A stretch of DNA of 58,620 nt, the filler included, from Dirinaria sp. TL-2023a (taxonomy: Eukaryota): assembly GCA_051941275.1 (NCBI GenBank). It is 6 parts of 6 records of this genome, joined end to end, with 100 filler letters (N's around TTAATTAATTAA, not from the genome) between each part and the next. Parts side by side here need not be neighbours in the genome. Positions count along the whole stretch, not along the records: positions 39,161 to 48,841 come from JAVEBF010001017.1; positions 48,942 to 58,620 come from JAVEBF010001018.1; 4 more parts are not named here. One strand, 5' to 3'. Positions 39,581 to 52,004 of the stretch are shown piece by piece. The notes under the pieces were generated by a model, which searched no databases, had not been told where the DNA came from, and saw nothing but the letters and a program-made list of their open reading frames with translations. Each line of letters opens with the position of its first letter. Position 1 is the first letter of the stretch. A program made the translations under genes and the position numbers.

Positions 39581-42500
39581 TCAAACAACGGTCATGATCT
39601 TCATGTGTCCATTATTGATGTCGTTATCGTTGCCGGTAATGTTGCCTCCGATGAAGCTACCGCTTTTAGGGCTCTGGGTCACTCGTGGGCTTTTCCCGGG
39701 AGAAGGTGACGAAGGTGTTTGTTGGAAGATCTGACTCACGAAGGGAGGGTCTGACGGTGTCTTTGGCCGAGAATTTGGTGTAGCTGGTGAACTCTCGGCC
39801 CGACGGACGATCTCTTTCAGAGCTCTAGTGACCACGCCGGCGCGGGTGACGAGATCACGGAGAGAAGTTGTGTCAAATGGAAGTTTTTTCTGAGAAGACT
39901 GCTCCAAGATTGCTAGGTCGTGGCGACTCCGTTGCTGGTGTATGTTCTCGAGGACCGACTTCGCTTTAGCTGCAGACTCTTTCCGTGGCCTTGACGTTGG
40001 TGGTGGCGGTGTTTCCGGGTTTAGCTTCTCTGGCGATGATAGTGATGGCGTTTGTGATGGTGTCGGAGGGTTCGAAAGTGTTTCGGCTCCGCTCGAACGA
40101 TCCCCTCTCGAAGACGATATACCTGATTTGCGGCGGTTTTGAGCAGCTGGCGAATCTTCATCGAAAGCGTCAAAGTCAAAGCTGGGAGAATTGGGCGAAC
40201 GCGGTGGGAGGAACTCCTGATCTTCATCATCGACAGTGGCAAGATTGATGATGCCCTCTGCTTCCTTCCACAGCTCAGCAGAAGGTCCCTGCATGATCCC
40301 TTGCGCAGCGGCCTGTTGCTGCAGCCTCTTCAACTCTTCCACAAGTAAAGTTAGCTCCTTGACATGCCCGAATTGGCCGTGGACACTAGCTTGCCGATCC
40401 AATATTGATCGAGGAACCAGCATCCCGGTAGAATTACTCGACTTGGTATATTCATGGCTAACGCTCACTTGCTTGCTCGGGCGAGGTGGTTCGTCGAATT
40501 CGAAGTCGTTGTCCCAATCTTCGCTTACACCTTTGTTACCCAAAACCCACGATTCGAGCTTCGATGCGGTGCCACTCCCACGAGGGCCATTAGGGTCCGA
40601 AGGCACTGGCACGCTTTGGCTGCGGAGGTGCAGAGGGCTGGGCCCACGGCGTCCGGTTAAGCGACTATTACGAACCTCCTTGCCATTCTTGCCATGGACT
40701 GTTTTGGGTCTGGGAGATGAGCCTTGGGGTGAATCTTTTTCGGTTGACGGCTGCTCAGACCAGTCAAAGATATTTGTCTTCGTCCTGTTTGCCGCATTGG
40801 AAGGGGTTCTTTGCTGCAATTCAGGTGAAGTGAAACTTCCTTCCCCGGAGTTAGGCGACATTCCTGCCTGGTCGTCGTCTTCTACCATCGCCAGTTTGCT
40901 GCTTGAGATGTCGCGCCCACTTCCGGTATCATCAAATGCCCACATATCCTCGTCGGACAAGCTTGGCGAAAGTCTCCGGGTGGTTGTGCTGTTGTTCGCT
41001 TCGCGAGCTAGATCCGGCGGCGAGGAAGGGATAGCTGGTGAGTGTGGGCTTTCGTCGGCCTTTCTGTGTGCACGGACGGGGCTATGGTCTTCCTTGCATG
41101 GGGCCGCATTTCGAACAGGAGTTGAAACACTTCCTTCTTCCTCAGTAATATCCGCCCTTTGTATAGGCGACTCTCCAAATGATTCGTGGGATATCAGATC
41201 TTGCAAACCCAGTAATTTTTGTTTAGGAATCTCACCCGGCACATTGCCATTGAAAACAGTGTCAAGAGGAGGTCTGCGTATACCGGAGTGACTGCTCCCT
41301 GTTGCACCTGTCCTTGTAGAGTCATATACGGTTTCACTGCGGCCATCCAGCTCGTCCTCATCGCCCGACCAAAAACGACTGTTCTCGTTGTCGGATCCTA
41401 AAAGAGTCGAAGTGTGATCCGAAGGAGCTCCAGATGGTCGGTGAGCTTTGTTTCGAAAGGTGTTAAAGCTGAGAGGCCCTAAAGGAGAGGAAGCAGAAGG
41501 CGATGGAGGGGTGAAGAGTTTGGGAGAGGTGGTTGGGTCTTGGGGTTGTGGGCTTGTGGGATACGAGGGAACTGAACCAGGAAGATCGATTTCGAAGGCC
41601 GATAAGCGATTTAGTGGGGGAAGTGGAGAAGACGGAGCCGCTTGACCAGTGCTTGGAGGGACCTTGTCTGTCGAGGAATGCGTACGTCGACCGGTGCCGA
41701 GTGGGTTGGCTTCCGAATAAGTGTTGCGTTCAGACGCTCCAGCATTGTGCTGAATTCTGGTACTTTGAGGTGCTGATACTACTCTTCGGCCGTTTGATCT
41801 GCCTGTATTTGTCGTGTTCTTTCGAAGACTGTTTGAGCGGGGCATTTTCCAGTTCGATGGAGATGGGGTATGGAAGAAGCCACTAAGGGAGAAGGATTTC
41901 CTCGGTGGCGGTTCCGGATCAGCGTAGATCTCTGTTTGAACCCTGCCTGTTGAGAGCGTGTTGAAACCTAAGGGCGCGGTTGACGTGTCGAAGCTTGGGC
42001 CATGCGTGGCTCGAAAATTGGCTGCATCATCCGAAGACCTAGACCTGACCGATGTAGCAAGCATAAGGGTTGGCAATTCATCTATCTCCGGCACAACTGC
42101 TCGTAATGTCTCGTTTCGGATTAAGCCACCCCCTGCACCTCGTTTTTTTGAAGTTCCATCCTTGACCAGTCTAATGGCCTTGGGCTTGAAGAAAGGCCGC
42201 CATAACTCAGCGTCTTCGTCTCTGCTGGGTTGGTCCTCATGTAGATCCTTCAAAGGTGACGGTGGTTGGAAAAGGGAACGGTAGTTGAGCGGGCCCTCAT
42301 CGTCCGAGAAGCGTTGCTGCTGAAGGGTTGCGGAGCGTTGATGACTGGTTGCTGGTCTACGTAGCGACGAATGCATTGTATTACCACCCTGTAATGCTCT
42401 TTGCGACGAACTCCTTTTCACCAATTTGTTTCTGGGAACGGTTGAAGGACTGTGAGTTGTACTTAGAATTGGCGCCGTTGACCTATTGGAAAAAGATATA

Positions 42501-42991
42501 GACGGCGAGCCTGTGGGCGGAGTAGAGGTTGGGCTTTCGTCTTTAGCCATTGACAGTGTCGATTTCCGCCGTAGCCAGGATGATCTAAATGTATTGGCGC
42601 CACCGGCTTCGAACTCAAAGGGCTCGTGGCTAAAAGACGGTCTCGTGTCCTCAGCAGCCGGTTGCGCAGTATGGCCTCGTCCTTGACTTTCCTTCACGTC
42701 CGATATAGAGCGACCTGTCAGAGTCCCCAAGCTCAACCTACTTGACGAGGACAGCGGTCGGCCGAACGAAGTTCGCTTGCGTAGGCGGGTTGTAGGCGCT
42801 GAAGCAGGTTGGGGGGGAGGCGATACTGTTGCGGAAGCCATTGGCGAGGATCGAGGTTCATCGGATGGGATTCGAGGAGGCGCTTTTCTTTTACTCGAGT
42901 CTGATCTTCGGTCGGTTGGATTCTTTCTCTGGCCAAGAGCGAGGCCCACTGCGGCTATACCCACAGTACCCGTGGCACAAAGCTGCATCAT
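39581..42991 (-). CDS. Large Ser/Pro-rich, mostly disordered fungal protein with a helical C-terminal block (possibly Etd1-like septation regulator; unconfirmed)
   Basis: 1136-aa uninterrupted ORF; ordered-looking segment SEDWDNDFEFD...VPRSILDRQASVHGQFGHVKELTLLVEELKRL...LWKEAEGIINLA and FDTTSLRDLV. Confidence 0.8.
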   Translation of the reverse strand: MMQLCATGTVGIAAVGLALGQRKNPTDRRSDSSKRKAPPRIPSDEPRSSPMASATVSPPPQPASAPTTRLRKRTSFGRPLSSSSRLSLGTLTGRSISDVKESQGRGHTAQPAAEDTRPSFSHEPFEFEAGGANTFRSSWLRRKSTLSMAKDESPTSTPPTGSPSISFSNRSTAPILSTTHSPSTVPRNKLVKRSSSQRALQGGNTMHSSLRRPATSHQRSATLQQQRFSDDEGPLNYRSLFQPPSPLKDLHEDQPSRDEDAELWRPFFKPKAIRLVKDGTSKKRGAGGGLIRNETLRAVVPEIDELPTLMLATSVRSRSSDDAANFRATHGPSFDTSTAPLGFNTLSTGRVQTEIYADPEPPPRKSFSLSGFFHTPSPSNWKMPRSNSLRKNTTNTGRSNGRRVVSAPQSTRIQHNAGASERNTYSEANPLGTGRRTHSSTDKVPPSTGQAAPSSPLPPLNRLSAFEIDLPGSVPSYPTSPQPQDPTTSPKLFTPPSPSASSPLGPLSFNTFRNKAHRPSGAPSDHTSTLLGSDNENSRFWSGDEDELDGRSETVYDSTRTGATGSSHSGIRRPPLDTVFNGNVPGEIPKQKLLGLQDLISHESFGESPIQRADITEEEGSVSTPVRNAAPCKEDHSPVRAHRKADESPHSPAIPSSPPDLAREANNSTTTRRLSPSLSDEDMWAFDDTGSGRDISSSKLAMVEDDDQAGMSPNSGEGSFTSPELQQRTPSNAANRTKTNIFDWSEQPSTEKDSPQGSSPRPKTVHGKNGKEVRNSRLTGRRGPSPLHLRSQSVPVPSDPNGPRGSGTASKLESWVLGNKGVSEDWDNDFEFDEPPRPSKQVSVSHEYTKSSNSTGMLVPRSILDRQASVHGQFGHVKELTLLVEELKRLQQQAAAQGIMQGPSAELWKEAEGIINLATVDDEDQEFLPPRSPNSPSFDFDAFDEDSPAAQNRRKSGISSSRGDRSSGAETLSNPPTPSQTPSLSSPEKLNPETPPPPTSRPRKESAAKAKSVLENIHQQRSRHDLAILEQSSQKKLPFDTTSLRDLVTRAGVVTRALKEIVRRAESSPATPNSRPKTPSDPPFVSQIFQQTPSSPSPGKSPRVTQSPKSGSFIGGNITGNDNDINNGHMKIMTVV

Positions 42992-44646
42992 ATCTGGAAT
43001 CAGTAATGGGACTTTGCGGGAAAAGACAACACCGGGGGCATAATGTTTTGGAGAATGCGAAAATCATAGAAAATCGAAGTTCTCCCGATGGTGCAGGACA
43101 TCACGAGCGACATATAATAAAACCTGTGAAGGGGGGAGGGGGGCATACTGAGGGGACTGCGTCCATTACCACCTCGGACTCGGTTCAACAGCAGGACTGG
43201 GATGTCGAGCGTTCTCATACATCGGGATGGCGATGATCAGAGCAGGTAAGGGTTTCGCAATGGCATATTCATGGATAGGAAGACATTGAAGCTTCGAGCA
43301 GCTGGATAGTAGTAGGTCGAGGGTAGGGACGGGGAGTTGGCGGGCCAGAAGGTTCAACGGAATTGGGTAATGCAGGAATGGGAAAAGGAGGGTCACGCTG
43401 AACCACGGTCGAGGATTGGATGAGGCAAATTGACGACGATTGACTTGGACCCCTTTGCTATGGGGGAAGATGCTGGTTTGGTGGGTAGAATTAGATTTTG
43501 GAGAGCAGTAGAGAGAAGTTCAGCCCAGTTTGGTTCGTGATTTTGAGCCCCATTGGAGCAATCAAGTCTTTTCCCAGGGCGCAGAGACGCTAATCGCGAC
43601 CCCGGGAACCGCGAAAAAAGGTAAACAGGCTGCCAATGACAGCCGGGGGCATTGAATCTCTATCGAGCTAGGTACTACTACTAAGGTCACTACAGTATTC
43701 CTTCGAACTTGCCCATTCCTACCAAACGGCGCAACGGCTCCTTGCGTGGGTCGCGGACGAGCAGATCAATCTGCTTGTCCTACATGCTGTAGAAAACCCC
43801 CAAATAACTCATCCACCGGCCGGCAATGAGCCTGCTCCAGACCACTATCAGATCCGTGAAAGGCATGAAATCACATCCGTCACCGCAACAACTCCGCCAA
43901 ATCCAAAGTGAGCAGGCTGCCTGCAGTCTTACCAAACCTACGAGCTTAGCGACTGCATCCGTGGCAGTACGCATGCATCGAGAGGTGGCCGGTCTGCGGA
44001 CAGTAGTAAGGTACCTACCTAGTCAAAGGAGGACTGTGCAGTAGTATTCCAGAACGAACATAACACAGTACCTGTTAAAGTACTTTATGCTTTCTGGGCT
44101 GCGTTGGAAGGAGTCTAAGCTCCCTCGGATTTAAGACGGAACCTGTTGCATGACAGAGATGGCCCATGGACACGGTACTATCAAGATCAGGTACTACAAA
44201 GTAGCTCAACCTTGACGATAGCACCCGGCCCACAGCAGAGTGGGAATGAAGCTTCATTTATGAAGAGTGGGCGTTCTGCGACGTGAACCCCCAATTTCGG
44301 CTTCCCCCCGTGCTCATCTTTCGGCCTTTAGCTAGGATCTTCCTAGGCAGGCTGCGTCAAGAGGATTGTCTCGTACGGCTGCCTCCACTATCAGGATCCA
44401 GATGCGCGGCACTGTTCCGGCACAAGAAGGGGTTACGTGGTAAAGGCCAAGGTTGGTACCAATCATTGTGCGCGCAAGGCGATCCCACCCTGCCGCGAGA
44501 CCAAAAGAGGGCTGGCAGGGGGAGGTTGCCTTAGTGGGTTGGATGAATACTGACAAGTCGCTTAGAAGCAAGTTCTGGGGGCCCATGGGCCGTGCCTCCC
44601 CTGGGAGCCTTTTCTTCAGGTCTCACTTTTCTATCAGCAGTAGTAA

Positions 44647-44698
44647 GCAGCAGCAGGAGCAGCAGCAGCAGCAGCAGCAAGCGAGCAAGCGAGCAAGC
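44647..44698 (+). repeat. (CAG)n microsatellite followed by GCAAGCGA repeats
   Basis: gcagcagcaggagcagcagcagcagcagcagcaagcgagcaagcgagcaagc read directly. Confidence 0.8.
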
Positions 44699-45938
44699 CC
44701 AAGCACAACTCTCATTTGCACGGCAAGCTTGGCGGGGTAAGAGAAAGTATGAATGGCGAAGATCCTGTGCTTCCGGAATTGAGCCGACGCTCAGCTCATT
44801 TTGCGGGCCCGATTGTTTGATTCTGCGCCTTCAGCGGAGGTTTCATGTGGAGGCGCTTTTCGGTGATCGATATGGCGATAGGGCGGTATGGCAAGATGGC
44901 GATACTGTATGGGAGACTCCATAATGTGAGATCACCCTGCTCTTTGATAAAAAAAAATATGCCATGAGTTGCATTTGATAATGCGTCACCTTTCCAAATC
45001 AGCCCAGTCCGGTAGTTGGTCGTAGGGCGAAGAGCACAGATGTCCGTAATAGCATGGATCCAGATGCTTGTCCCGATCGATTGGTGGCTAAAATGAGCAA
45101 TCGCGTGGTCAGCCTGCATTAAACGGAGATCAAAGACCAGGATGCCGTGCGACCGCGCGATCCTTGGGATTTTCCAGAACCGGGATGAAATGCGAGACGC
45201 GGATGTGTGGGATAATATCATTTTACCATCGATGACTCGCGCGGAACGCGAGTCACTAACTGAGCGCAGTATCGTGGAAATTTTTTATTTTTTTTTTGGC
45301 GTCTGGGACATAATTTCCTGAAAAAAGAGAAGTGGAAGGCCTAAGATTTCGAAATTGTCATCCTTTTTTCTACTTGTATGCAAGCCTCAGGTTCCCCAGG
45401 TGCCTGGTGACGTATTCCAATGGGCAGGTCGGGGGGTCTGACCACAAGAGACAACAAAGCAAGGTACATGGACATGGAAGCACCACACACTCGCTGCGGA
45501 TCCATCCCAATAATTTCGCATGCAGTAGCGAATTCGAAGCTCGATTGGTTGTGCGCAAGTTTCGCCTAAGCGAGCCGGCTACGCGTTGATTGGATGGCCG
45601 GATTATTAATGGGCCAGCTGGAGAGCTCGAATAGGAGTCGATCTAACCCTTCTTGGTCGGGCCATCCCGACCCTCCTTTCAGCCTTTCGGACCTTTTTTG
45701 GGTTGAAGATTCGGATTAATTAAATAACATTAATATTTGCCACAATAATTTCACTCCCTGTACCATTTATTGTACCTGACTACGGCTACTGAACTGTTGT
45801 TCGTCCGCCGTCCCGCTCCGCACGGAAACTCCCTCAGGGGTGTAGGGGCGGGAAGATAAAGTGCAGGAGTACAGGACAGTACAGTAGAGCTGAATATTTT
45901 ATTCATCGCTATTAATATTGCCAGCCCTGTAGATAAGG

Positions 45939-48528
45939 ATGGAAGCAGAGATCAAAGCCCAGATACCCGACATTGACCCGGTGGTCTCGGACTATGCTGT
46001 GGTGAGATCTGCTCACTATCCATGTCTTGGCAATCATAGCAATCAAAGATCCCATTGTTGATATCCGCTAGGGGTATCTCAATCATGCTTCGCACCAGTA
46101 CACCTCCGAGTCCGACGGAAGTCTGCAGTCGCCACTCGACCAGGCTGCGGAAAGTATATCTGCCTTATTGGTCTCGGCTTCAGGAGACCTCTCCGACCAA
46201 AATGCCCTGACCATCCGAAACCTCGTGGATAAGTTCGTCTCCAAGCTGAGCGCCGCCAGTGGCGTGGATGGAGAGAGGAGGCAGATGGCAACGACTCGCA
46301 AACTCGACCATGCCATCCATGTTGGTTCACAGCGAAATGTCTCGTCCACCCTCGGACTTGCTGGAGGCACGGTTGATTTGGAGTCGGCCAGTACGAGAAA
46401 AGTAGAATCACGCGTAGATCGGAAGAAGCTCGAGAAAGCCGAGCGAAAGATCCAAGCGAAGCAAGACCGCAAGGTGATGAAGAATGTTGCATACGAGGCT
46501 TCGCGATTACTCGATCAGCCGGATAGTACCGAGTCATACGAGGAATTTTTCATGAAAGTCAATCCTTTGCAGCTAGGCCAAGACCAAGGAAAGAGTAAGG
46601 ACGTCAAAGTAGAGGGCGTTGATGTGTCCATTGATGGAAAACGTATCCTGACCGACACTACTCTCACGATGGCTTTTGGACGGCGCTACGGTCTTGTCGG
46701 CCAGAACGGTATCGGCAAGAGTACCTTGCTGCGAGCTTTAAGCAGAAGAGAACTAGCCATTCCAACACATATCTCAATCCTGCACGTCGAACAGGAGGTT
46801 TGGCGGACCACTGCTTGTAGAGGTAGAACTCTTAGAGCTGATTGCATGTTTAGATCACGGGAGATGATACACCAGCTCTCCAAGCAGTGCTTGATGCTGA
46901 TGTTTGGCGGAAGCATCTTTTGAGCGAGCAAGAAGTACGCTTGCAGTATTATATGTTGGCGCATGATACTCACCACTAACCTCGTAATTAGAAAATAAGT
47001 AGAGAGCTCTCTTCAATCGAAGCAGAACGAGCTTCAATGGCAGACACATCTACAGATGCTGCGAGGCTGGATAAACACCGAGAAGGCCTTGATAGCACCT
47101 TGAGCGACATCCACGCCAAATTGTCTGAAATGGAATCTGATAAGGCCGAATCACGAGCTGCAAGTATTCTCGCCGGCCTTGGATTCTCGGAAGAGCGCCA
47201 ACACCATGCTACGAAAACCTTCTCAGGAGGTTGGAGGATGAGATTGGCACTAGCTCGAGCATTGTTCTGTGAGCCTGATCTGCTGCTGCTTGATGGTACA
47301 CCATCCTCTGATCCAAATATTATTTCCTCTGACACGGTACGCAGAACCGTCGAACATGTTGGATGTACCCTCGATCACCTTCTTGTCAACATATCTTCAG
47401 TCTTACCCTAGCACTCTTCTCGTCGTCTCACACGACCGAGCTTTCCTCAATGAGGTAGCAACAGACATCATCCACCAACATTCTGAACGCCTCGACTATT
47501 ACAGAGGCGCTGACTTTGGTACGTTTGTACAATCAATGACAGTGCTTTTAGCACATTGACGAAAATTACTTCACTGTATTTGTTTTGCCCGCTTTTGCGC
47601 TGATTGATATTTCTCAGATACGTTCTACGCTACAAAAGAGGAGCGTCGCAAAACCGCCAAACGCGAATACGAGAACCAAATGGCCCAACGAGCTCATCTT
47701 CAAACATTCATCGACAAATTCCGGTACAACGCCGCTAAATCATCCGAAGCCCAATCCCGCATCAAGAAGCTCGAGAAGATGCCCGTCCTGGAACCTCCCG
47801 AGAACGAATACACGGTGCATTTCCGCTTCCCGGACGTGGAAAAGCTCTCGCCTCCCATCATCACCATGACCGACGTCTCGTTCGGGTACTCGAAAGACAA
47901 ACCGCTGCTGCGGAACGTCGATCTGGACGTCCAACTCGACTCGCGCATCGGGATCGTCGGCCCCAACGGCGCGGGGAAAACGACCGTGCTCAAACTCCTG
48001 ATCGGCCAACTCCAAGCATCGTCGGGCCTGATCAGCCAGAACCCGCGACTGCGCATCGGCTTCTTCGCGCAGCACCACGTCGACGCCCTCGACATGTCCG
48101 CCAGCGCCGTGAGTTTCATGGCGAAAACGTACCCGGGCAAGTCGGACGAGGAGTACCGGCGGCACCTGGGCGCCTTCGGCATCACAGGCACCACCTCGCT
48201 GCAGCGCCTCGAACTGCTCTCGGGCGGCCAGAAGTCCCGCGTCGCCTTCGCCTGCCTGGGGCTCACGAACCCGCACATCCTCGTCCTCGACGAGCCCAGC
48301 AACCACCTCGACATCGAGGCCATGGACGCCCTGAGCCTCGCGCTCCGCCAGTTCCAGGGCGGCGTCCTCATGGTCAGCCACGATGTCACGATGCTGCAGA
48401 GCGTGTGCACGAGCTTGTGGGTCTGCGAGGCGGGAACGGTCGAGAAGTTCGATGGCGATGTGAATGCGTATAAGAAGCGCATCGCGGCGCAGGCGGGCCA
48501 AGGCGGTGTTGTGGAGAGGCAAAAGTGA
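45939..48528 (+). CDS. GCN20: ABC-F ATPase Gcn20 (ABCF3), 6 exons
   Basis: First exon [27 protein letters not shown]; two ABC domains ([52 protein letters not shown]); linker [11 protein letters not shown]; no transmembrane domain. Confidence 0.93.
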
Positions 48529-48767
48529 GGGGAAATTTTTCTGGATCCCAGCATCGATCTTTTTTTTTTTTTTTAAAAAACATTAGCTCTCCAAAGGGTA
48601 ATGTAGATAGAAGAGAGCGAGAGTTAAAAATCCGAAAATGAGTAAAATAGATAAACCACCAAGAATCGACATTGTATGACGATGTATCTATCATACGTCC
48701 CCAAAAAGGTTTCGCTACAAACAAACGAACAAAACCATATATGATTTCGCCGAGCAATGCAGTCATA

Positions 48768-48841
48768 TCAAGTCCCCTCCATGTCCATGTCCATATCCGT
48801 ATCCATATCCTGCTCGTCCTCATCCGTCCACCCTTCATCTT
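48768..48841 (-). CDS. Probable acidic C-terminus of a gene truncated by the contig end (...DEGWTDEDEQDMDTDMDMDMEGT*), convergent with GCN20
   Basis: Open frame from the contig edge to a TGA at 48768-48770; explains the hexamer repeat (tccatg/tccata) at 48778-48810. Confidence 0.4.
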
Positions 48842-48941
48842 NNNNNNNNNNNNNNNNNNNNNNNNNNNNNNNNNNNNNNNNNNNNTTAATTAATTAANNN
48901 NNNNNNNNNNNNNNNNNNNNNNNNNNNNNNNNNNNNNNNNN
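48842..48941. other. Artificial contig linker
   Basis: 44 N + TTAATTAATTAA + 44 N. Confidence 0.98.
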
Positions 48942-49192
48942 ATACAGTAGTGTGGACATGATCACCTGCGTAATTGCAACCATTCATGCCCTGCGTCCGC
49001 TCTCGAATTTTCTGACCTCGGACATCGCTTCTCTCCAGCTTCTACGCGCTTTCGTCCCGGTCCCAGCCGATCATTCGGCCCACTTGGCTACCTACTAGTG
49101 CCACCGGCCTCCTATTACCTGACTCTCGACGTCTACCTGATGTCGTCGTCCATACCGTCCAGGAGCCTGTAGTCTATGTGCAGCTGAACCCG

Positions 49193-51250
49193 ATGGGTAA
49201 TAGCAATGGCAAGCCTGTGGTGTTTACAGACGAAGGTAAGCTGGCCAAGCTTGCGTTCCTGATGTGGGGATATCGCCCGTCGACACAACGGGCCCACTGC
49301 ACACTGCCAGTCGAATGCTATTGATCGATGAGACGATTGCTGATCTCAATTGCTGCGACAGTAAACCTGAACCACTTTCGTCTGCTAAGAGTCGTCGGCA
49401 AAGGCGCTTTTGGAAAGGTCCGCATCGTCGAGCGAAAGGATACCGGCCTGACGTTTGCGCTGAAGTACATACGCAAAGATGAGGGTCAGTGATGTCAAGT
49501 GGGAAGCGGGTGCGACAACTGCTCACACAAAACCTAGTCGTACGATCAGAGAGCGTTCGGAATATTATACGGGAAAGACGGATGATGGAGCATCTGGATC
49601 ATCCATTCCTCTGCAATCTGAGATACAGCTTTCAGGACATTGAATATCTGTGCGTTGAAGGATTGCAATTGTAGGATGGTTCTTCCCTAATCAATCTTAC
49701 AGATACCTCGTGATTGATCTCATGAACGGTGGCGATCTACGTTTTCATATATCAAGAAAAACCTTTACTGAGGATGCAGTACGGTTCTGGGTGGCGGAAC
49801 TGGCATGTGCGTTGCGATACATTCATAATCAGGGAATTGTCCATAGGGATCTGAAGCCGGACAACGTGCTGTTGGACTCTGAAGGCCATGTGCATTTGGC
49901 GGATTTCGTTCGTCAATCTTCAAAATCGATTGCCAGGAGTGCGGACTAACAATTCGTCAGAACGTTGCTTCAGAATTCAGACCGGACAAACCTTTACACA
50001 GTAAATCAGGCACTCTGGCGTATCTCGCACCCGAGGTATATGGAGGCAATGGATATCTCAGTGAAGTCGATTGGTGGTCGCTTGGTGTCACGTTCTATGA
50101 ATGCATTTACAACAAAGTAAGTGGCTCTGTTTGCAGATCGCTCGCTTAGCTGACCTTGTGACAGAGGCCATTCTCATCTCATGGTCACGAGAAACTTGAA
50201 AAGGAGATACTCCGTGGCCAGCCAAACTATCCTGTTACACAACCACCAGTCTCAATGCCATGCTTGCATGCTATTAGCTCACTGTTGGAAAAGAATAGGC
50301 GAAAACGGATAGGAGCCACAGGCTTTGACACCTTCACAGATAACCCTTTCTTCCAGGCTATCGACTTTGATGCTCTGGAAAAGAAGCGAATACCTCCGGT
50401 CTTTAGGCCCTCGAGCGAGAAGACGAACTTTGACGCTACATACGACCTAGAAGAGCTTCTACTGGAAGAAGCGCCTTTAGAAGCGAGGGCAAGACGGCAA
50501 AAGCCCAGGGTGCAGCTGAAAGACGATGCTACAGACAAGGAAATCAGGGTCGACGAGCTGCATCGCATGATAGAAACGCTTTTCGAGCCGTTTGATTATA
50601 CGTTGATGCCGTGAGTATCTGAGCCATGTCTATCCCATATGTCCGCAGAGCCCTGCTCACACCTTTGTAGCAATCACAACCTCTCTGCAGCTGCCGCTCT
50701 AGAATCTGCACCGGAATACGTCAACCACGAATCCCAAGCTAAATCCAGCGTCGACGAAAAGACTTCACCCATCAGCCCAGATTCACGGAGCGGCACTCCT
50801 CCCATGGGAGTCAAGCCATCCGTCACCGCCTCCAACAACTCGGATTATTACCCAGCCGTCGAGAATCCCGCTACTACTCCTCCTCCCCCTATCCCTCCTA
50901 TCGTCCACTCACAACCACCACCAACTTCACACCCTCAACAGCCTCCGACTTCACACCCCCAACAGCAAAATCCGAAAGCGGCGCGCTTAGGTACGCACCA
51001 AGCCTCTCAAAGTGGTGGAGTCCAGGTCGTACTCAAAGAGACGGGGTCGTGGTCGGAGCTGGCCAATAAAAACGCTAGTTTACCTGCTGATGCGGCTAAT
51101 GGCGTGAATGCGGGGGGTAAGGGGCTGAAACCCACCGGGATGTTGGGATTTCTGTCGAGAAAGAAAGGTAGGGAGAAGAGTCCCAAGCCACAGGAGCAGG
51201 GAGTTTTGGGCAAGGAAGGGGCAAGAGTTGTGGTGAGTGGGGGGCGGTGA
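49193..51250 (+). CDS. AGC-group Ser/Thr kinase of the YANK/STK32 type, 7 exons
   Basis: MGNSNGK start (possible myristoylation), [20 protein letters not shown], spliced HLADF|NVA giving DFN instead of DFG (YANK feature), [33 protein letters not shown]. Confidence 0.9.
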
Positions 51251-52004
51251 CACATGCATAAAGCGAGGCCATCTACTGAGTCCTTGGGGCAGCAAAAGTA
51301 GGCTGGAGACGAGGTGGTATTTTTTTAGAACCATAGTCATGCTTTTGGATCACGAGATTACGCGGTGTCTCAGGAGCATCGAGGATGTTCCGGGGTAATC
51401 AAGCATGCAAAAGGTATGTTTGTGGGTGATTTTGGGCCAGGCATACATTATTACTGTGTATTATCTAGTTGACCGCTCTTATATACCACATGATCGCTAT
51501 ACAATTGCTTTTACGGTCGAGTCTCCTTTTAAAACCAACTTGTAGTGCTAGATAACCGACTCTCATTCATCCAATCTACATATATGTAAGGGCAACTGAA
51601 TCTTGTCTAAACCTCGTTGAATCAGTACAGCTGCATTTATAGAGTATAACTGAATTTCATTGACTTGTCCCTCTGGATCTCTAGTCAAGGATCATTCTTT
51701 GTCGCGCTAAAATATCTTCAGTGAGCTTCTATTCTATTTACTCTCTCATCTATAGTCGTACGTTATTCTCAACAGAGGAATCCAAATCGATGTCCATTTC
51801 TCCGAGCCCTGATGGTTCTTCAGTCAGGGTTGTCCTAGGGCTTGAGACCGTTGCCCGTTGCAACGACGAAAGGTTTGTGGCGCAAACCTCAGCCACCACG
51901 AGATGCCCCCGCAAGAATAATAATGCCTCCAGGACATAGCTGTCGCTGGGCGCCAAAGGCATTCCTGACTTTTCAGACGACTGGAGATTGAAGTGTGCCA
52001 TAAA

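Noticed and set aside
40236..41291. 351-aa plus-strand ORF
   Set aside because: Antisense shadow of the 1136-aa minus-strand gene; no domain features
44453..44924. Poly-Gln and poly-Ser ORFs
   Set aside because: Translation of the (CAG)n microsatellite; short, non-ATG starts, no coding signature
47700..48554. Two long antisense ORFs (284 and 260 aa) over GCN20
   Set aside because: Explained by the extreme C/G third-position bias of the sense exon, which removes antisense stop codons
49880..49970. Missing DFG motif implying a pseudokinase
   Set aside because: Splicing yields DFN, the normal motif in YANK/STK32 kinases; the catalytic Lys and HRD are intact
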